This document shows positions 58,753 through 64,000 of a stretch of DNA of 64,000 bases, in pieces; within the stretch, counting starts at the first letter, position 1; every line of letters begins with the position of its first letter. The stretch is from Flectonema sp. DT1601. Taxonomy: Eukaryota. Location: the NCBI GenBank assembly GCA_964019425.1, contig OZ025788.1, positions 310,001-374,000 of the forward strand, in the 5' to 3' direction. The notes beneath the pieces were generated by a model. The model was given only the letters and a program-made list of their open reading frames with translations. It was not told the DNA's origin and did not search any database. Made by a program: the position numbers and the translations under genes.

Positions 58753-60629
58753 ATGTCGGAATTTGAACCAACTCTAAAGAACATCATCTCAAGAGAGAAG
58801 TTACAATGGTTATTCGTGGGTGGTAAAGGAGGTGTTGGTAAGACTACAAGCAGTTGTTCATTAGCAACGACACTGGCAGGGATTCCAAAAGATGGAAGAC
58901 AGAGAAAGATTTTAATTATTTCAACTGACCCAGCTCACAACTTGTCGGATGCATTTGCTCAAAAGTTTGGGAGAGACCCAACTCAAGTAGAAGGCGTTCC
59001 AGGTCTTGAAGCCATGGAGATTGACCCAGTTGGTATCAAAGAATTAACACAGTCACTGTTGAGTAAATTTAACAAAACTGACGACAAGTCATCCGGCATC
59101 GCATCAGCACTTGACGCAATGAAAGAAGCATTTCTTGCACTTCCTGGTATTGATGAAGTCTCTGTATTGGTTCATATTATGAATGAAATTAAAAAGATGA
59201 AATACGACATGACGATCTTTGACACTGCGCCTACTGGACACACTCTTCGTCTTCTTTCATTACCTAATACATTAAACACAACAATTGAAAAGCTTCAGAG
59301 TGTCCAGGGAATCAGTGGAATGCTTTCTCAAGCTGGAGCAGTTGTCACTTCTTCAACCGGTCTAACGAGCGATGAGATGCAAGAGACTGGTCGTAAATTT
59401 ACTGACACTATTAAAGAGGTTCAAGCTCAATTCCAAAACAATGAATTGACGACATTTATTCCAGTTTGCATTGCGGAGTTCCTTCCCGTTTATGAGACTG
59501 AGAGACTTATTAGAGATCTCTGCAAGTTTAAAATTGATGTTCAAAATGTTATCGTAAATCAAATTATTATGACACCAACTGGAGAGGCTCCTCACCCGTT
59601 ATTAGAATCCAGAAAGAGGATTCAAAAAAAGTATCTCGATCAAATTGAAGAGCTCTACGAAGACTTTTATGTTGTTCGCATGCCTGTCCTCACCAACGAA
59701 GTACGAGGGGTTGAAATGTTAAGAACGTTTGGAAAGTTTCTAATGGAGGTTTGTTTTATTATTATTATTATTATTCATAGATGGAAGTGCCCTACAATTT
59801 GGAGGGCGTGTAGGGCGCTTGTAGGGCGCTTTTAATATAAATATTATTTTGGAGGGCGCTTTTTTTTACCTTTTTTATTACTATAAGACACGGGGACTTA
59901 CACTGACGCACAAGTATTTTGACGCAGAAGCCAAAAAAATTTTTTTTGACATGCTTGGCAGTCTTTCGAAAAAAAAAAAGGGGTGTCAAGGGGTTCGAAC
60001 CTGAGACCTCCAGGTCATGGTTCGGAGGTCAACAATGGCAAAAACAATGGGCCACTCCTTGAGAGCTTCCGGAGCCTGCTGCAATCCCTGAAGCTGAAAC
60101 TCATTTCAGTGGACGATGCATCCCAGATCTACAAGGAGCTGATTAGCCCGCAGAATGCACCGAGTCGAATATAGAGGGATTCGAGGAGGGAGAGTGCGTT
60201 CTTGCTAACCTGTTAATAGGCCTACCTTGTGAGAAAAAAAAGAAGTTTATTGGTGGCAAGTAAACTGATATCCCAGAGACGCATTTGATCGGGCGAACCG
60301 GAGAAAAGTCAAATAAGATGCGATTCGACCCTCGCTGAGGGCAGGGATGTGTCAAAATGAGCTCGGCATTATATTAAATTTAATTAAAAAAGCGCCCTAC
60401 GCGCCCTCCAGCGCCCTATTTTGGCCCTATTTTGGCCCTACAATGGCCCTATTTTGGCCCTACAAATTTTTGTGGCTGATTTTCACCAGGCGCCCTCCAA
60501 ATTTGGAGGGCACTTCCATCTATGATTATTATTATTATTTTTTATTAGATCATGTGTTTCAGAACATTTGTAAATAATAAACACCACTCCCAACAGCCTT
60601 ACAACGTCGATAAAAACGGTTACCTTTAA
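58753..60629 (+). CDS. GET3: GET3/ASNA1 (ArsA-family ATPase, 342 aa); join(58753..59748,60597..60629)
   Basis: GGKGGVGKTT, STDPAHNLSDAF, PGIDE, DTAPTGHTLRLL, YETERL and EVRGVE. A phase-0 intron (59749-60596) gives FLME-PYNVDKNGYL*. Confidence 0.95.
59776..60524. mobile_element. Non-autonomous TIR DNA transposon (MITE-like, 749 bp) in the GET3 intron
   Basis: Left end CATAGATGGAAGTGCCCTACAATTTGGAGGGCG; right end CGCCCTCCAAATTTGGAGGGCACTTCCATCTATG. Flanked on both sides by (ATT)n. Confidence 0.9.
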
Positions 60630-60815
60630 TATTACGAGACTAACCTTGTAGGAAGTTATCTTGTTTTAACGGCAGGGGAAAAAAAAAAAAAAAAACGATT
60701 TTAAAGAACAAAAAAGGACGACTAACATATGTAGACCCTAACAATGTAATTATTGGTTTTCAAAAACTGATGTCTTAATTTTCCTCTTCATCAGTCAGGT
60801 TGTTGTTAACGAAAG

Positions 60816-62180
60816 ATGCCGACTGAGTCGTATTTTATCGTTCAGGTGTACCCTCCGTACTGTGACAGCAATCCGAGTCCACCTTTGATAATTAGAGTGT
60901 TAGACAATGCTACAGGAAGTGATGTATTAGAACAAGCAATTACGAAGTACTTCGATAAGATATCTCCAGGCAGTGGTAGAGTCGCTGACCCAACTGAATG
61001 GGAATTAAAGAGCGCAATGGGCGATGGCAGAGAAGACGCCGATGCTCTTCCAATCGAAATGGAACGACCCCTTCGCCAACAAGGACTTTCATTTCCTTAC
61101 ATGTTATGTTTATCAACACATGCCGACAATGTAATTACTTCAACTTTACCGAATAGCTCAGCCACCGCGAAGGGTGTTCCCGGAGCTGCTTCAACTGCCG
61201 CTGCAAACTCGTCGAACATCATAACAGAGTCTTCTCAACCGGACGCTTTGAAATCCAGCGATGAGAAGACAATATCTAGCGCTACCGCTACAGCAGCTGC
61301 GAGTGAAAAGAAGAAAGAAAATGAAGAGAGTCGCAAGAAAATAAAGGAATACATCAAAACCAGGCAGCGAGAAATCGACAGCCTCAATATGACGAGGGAA
61401 CACAACGTCGCAAAGAGAATGGCCTTAAGAGCTGGTAAGGAAAGAAGACATCTCGAAAAGTGTGAACGTTTGGAGTTACAGAGACGGGAGAAGATGAAAA
61501 CACAAAAACTGGCTCATGAAGACAGAGAAAGAAAGAACTGTGAAGCCACTCAGCGACGTGTTTTAGACAGAGAGCTGGAGAAGGAAAAGCGACACGCAGA
61601 GGAAGTCCGAGTCCGCGAAGACATCCGACGTGAAGAAGAACGCGAAATGAAACGACGTGTTGACTCACTTGTGCAACTTGAAAAGGAGCGAGAGATTCGT
61701 CTTGAAACTCAACGTGTTCAGAGACACGAAGAACACCAGCGACAGAAGAAAGACTTGTCTGCTGGAAGAGAGATTCGAGTTCGTGGAACACTTCAATCAA
61801 TTTTATCAAAACTTGACCATCAAATAAAGAAAGACCTCACTGAGTGTGAAATCCACATCGAACGCGAACGAGCTGAACGAAATGCTGCTGACCGCGAAAA
61901 ATTCGAAAGAAAGTACGTCGAAAGGCTGGAAAAAGAACGAAGTGCTGTAAAGGAAAAAGATCGTTATCACCGCCTGTTACAAGAGAAGAAATACCAGGAT
62001 AGTGTTTTACGAGTAGCTGAACGTCAACAACAAGAGGCAACAAGAAAGAAAGAAACTGAAGAGAAAAAGTTTATTGAATGGAAGAAGAAGAGGTCCATAA
62101 TGATAGAAGAAGACGAAGCTGTCCGACTACACGAAAGACTCAGTAGCATGCAGAGATTACCAGAACTTCCAGTTATGTGA
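60816..62180 (+). CDS. Hypothetical protein: globular, possibly ubiquitin-like N-terminal domain plus E/R/K-rich helical C-terminus
   Basis: 454-aa ORF with a highly charged C-terminal two-thirds. Confidence 0.78.
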   Translation: MPTESYFIVQVYPPYCDSNPSPPLIIRVLDNATGSDVLEQAITKYFDKISPGSGRVADPTEWELKSAMGDGREDADALPIEMERPLRQQGLSFPYMLCLSTHADNVITSTLPNSSATAKGVPGAASTAAANSSNIITESSQPDALKSSDEKTISSATATAAASEKKKENEESRKKIKEYIKTRQREIDSLNMTREHNVAKRMALRAGKERRHLEKCERLELQRREKMKTQKLAHEDRERKNCEATQRRVLDRELEKEKRHAEEVRVREDIRREEEREMKRRVDSLVQLEKEREIRLETQRVQRHEEHQRQKKDLSAGREIRVRGTLQSILSKLDHQIKKDLTECEIHIERERAERNAADREKFERKYVERLEKERSAVKEKDRYHRLLQEKKYQDSVLRVAERQQQEATRKKETEEKKFIEWKKKRSIMIEEDEAVRLHERLSSMQRLPELPVM

Positions 62181-62424
62181 TGTTACTTCTGAGTTTATGA
62201 TGATAACTACTATTTGTGACACTTTTCTAAGTGCTCAACATTGGAAAACTCTGAGCTGGTTTTGTTTCTATTTAATTATTTATTTCTTATGTGGGATTCC
62301 CCCTCATCGATTCTATTCTTTTTTTTAAATTTTTTATTTTTTTATTTATTTTGTTAATAATTTGAATCAAAACATATTTATTTCAGTCGATTACACTACC
62401 CCACTCCCGTTCTTTCTTTTTTTT

Positions 62425-62427
<3 letters not shown>

Positions 62428-62487
<60 letters not shown>
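62428..62487. repeat. Poly-T tract, 60 nt
   Basis: Read directly; longest homopolymer in the window. Confidence 0.9.
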
Positions 62488-62488
<1 letters not shown>

Positions 62489-62851
62489 GATAAAAGGTTT
62501 TATTCTAATTGAGGAGACACGTTTCCAGCTCTGAAACTGTCATCAGCCTCTTTCATGTTGACAACACACATCTGTGCTATTTACACTCACTTTTATATAT
62601 ATATCGGAGTTGTACTTCTTGCCTTCGAACCCATTTACTGAATGTGTCTTAATTAGTGGTGACGTTTTCTTTTTTGAATATATTTTTTTATTTTCAAACG
62701 TATACACCAAAAAAAAGAATCGGCAAACTTCACTTTTTTTTGCTTACTCACTCACTCTTCTTTTTTATATTTTTAAAATTTATATATTCTTTTGTAACAG
62801 GGAGACGGCATCATAGAGAGCCGTCTTTTTAATAAAAAGAAGAAAAATAAA

Positions 62852-64000
62852 ATGCGGAGGAGTCCAACAGGAGGACGTAGTCCTTCCTCAGTAAGTAGTA
62901 GTTGTGTTGACTTGGTGTCGTCGCCGCTGTCTGATGACGTCTTTTATCCGGCTTCTGACATGAGTTCTGTTGCTTTTGAGTATTCGCAAGAAACAACAGT
63001 TGAGAGTCTGCAGTCTGTCTCGTTAGTTAAACCTGTACGTTCATCAGCGACGATTGAATCACTTCTACCGCCTGTTCTGAGATGTCCGACTTGTAGTGAT
63101 GGTAGAACTCAAATTATGAAAATGGGAATCTACCTGATGACGTTATCACTTTCTATTGAGTCTCTTAGTATTGCTTTTTCTATTACTTCGACTCGAAATC
63201 GATTATCTGAGTCTGGTATTATAAAATCGAGTACCTGCTTACTACAAACATTATTATTGATATTATCATCGCTATTATTCTTACCATCGTCTGGTAGTAT
63301 TTTTAATAATATTCGTCCACACGTTTTAAGAAGAATTGTCAGCCTCACTCTCTTAGTTGTGATAACGAGATCAATGATTGAAATTGATTTGTTGGCAGGA
63401 GAATGGGAAACACCGATACTATCAAAGTTATCATCGACTTACTGTAATATGAGACTGGTATCTGAATTATCAGCGAAGTGCATGTGGCATTCTACTTGGG
63501 TAGTTTTTCAGTTAAAGGAAATAGTGGCTATTGTAGCGACGGCTGCAGCCCCTGTTCTTCTTGTTAAAATATCGTTACAACAGAATAGCATTCAACAAGT
63601 AACTTCACTTATCAAAGGAATAGCATTGGTATTGTTGCTGCTAACACTTTTCGAAAGTTTTGTATTGCCGTTGGCGACTCTTTATGGAGTTGTTCAAACT
63701 CGTGAGTTTCCTGACTATCCTGTTACGAAAATAAATCTTTTGATAGTTATTGTCGGAGCAGTATTCCAACTCTGTGGATTGGTACCCGTGTTGTTAACTA
63801 AAGTTTCCTTCACATCAATTGGTCTTCTTGTCAGTGGTGGTTTCATCTCCGCTGTCGGATTCCTACATCAGTTATCTCCAATAAGACACGGACCAGTTCT
63901 TCACGCTTCATCTACTTATCAGATTCTTATTGCAGAGGCAGCTTCTCGAGTACTTTATTTAACATTGTTTGCTGTCTCTATAGCCATGTGTTCCTGGAGT
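62852..64000 (+). CDS. 3'-partial multi-pass membrane protein, absent from the ORF track
   Basis: ATG after an A-rich tract. I read 383 codons open to the window end: Ser-rich N-terminus, CPTC, then many hydrophobic segments. Confidence 0.8.
   Translation, partial: MRRSPTGGRSPSSVSSSCVDLVSSPLSDDVFYPASDMSSVAFEYSQETTVESLQSVSLVKPVRSSATIESLLPPVLRCPTCSDGRTQIMKMGIYLMTLSLSIESLSIAFSITSTRNRLSESGIIKSSTCLLQTLLLILSSLLFLPSSGSIFNNIRPHVLRRIVSLTLLVVITRSMIEIDLLAGEWETPILSKLSSTYCNMRLVSELSAKCMWHSTWVVFQLKEIVAIVATAAAPVLLVKISLQQNSIQQVTSLIKGIALVLLLLTLFESFVLPLATLYGVVQTREFPDYPVTKINLLIVIVGAVFQLCGLVPVLLTKVSFTSIGLLVSGGFISAVGFLHQLSPIRHGPVLHASSTYQILIAEAASRVLYLTLFAVSIAMCSWS

Noticed and set aside
59749..59835. ORF-track C-terminus of GET3 (VCFIIIIIIHRWK...)
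   Set aside because: Read-through into intron, microsatellite and transposon end; the same applies to the unspliced tails of XPO7, NFU1 and the WDR63-like ORF.

Overview
AT-rich eukaryotic nuclear DNA with poly-A/poly-T intergenic spacers. It holds 26 supportable protein-coding genes, all on the + strand, and only about 9 short GT-AG introns. This layout suggests a euglenozoan-type (e.g. diplonemid) directional gene cluster, which is an inference. Recognisable products: thioredoxin, Cys/Met PLP enzyme, PLOD/ESAG3-like glycosyltransferase, copine, RPE, TauE/SafE transporter, exportin-7, NFU1, WDR63/DNAI3-like dynein intermediate chain, GET3/ASNA1, two LRR proteins, a ~4280-aa repetitive coiled-coil protein and a secreted alpha/beta-hydrolase. 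Top findings: (1) tandem duplicated alternative last exons in exportin-7; (2) a 749-bp TIR element inside the GET3 intron; (3) a hydrolase with the motif series of bacterial extracellular mcl-PHA depolymerases (candidate HGT); (4) an odd intron grammar (GTDTGT donor, T-rich 5' part, A-rich acceptor) with a strong 3'-end position bias; (5) a NUP-1/lamina-like giant with a spliced NLS-like tail; (6) a hairpin-dense ~1-kb non-coding block and two dispersed non-coding motifs. All calls come from reading by eye; no searches or folding programs were run.
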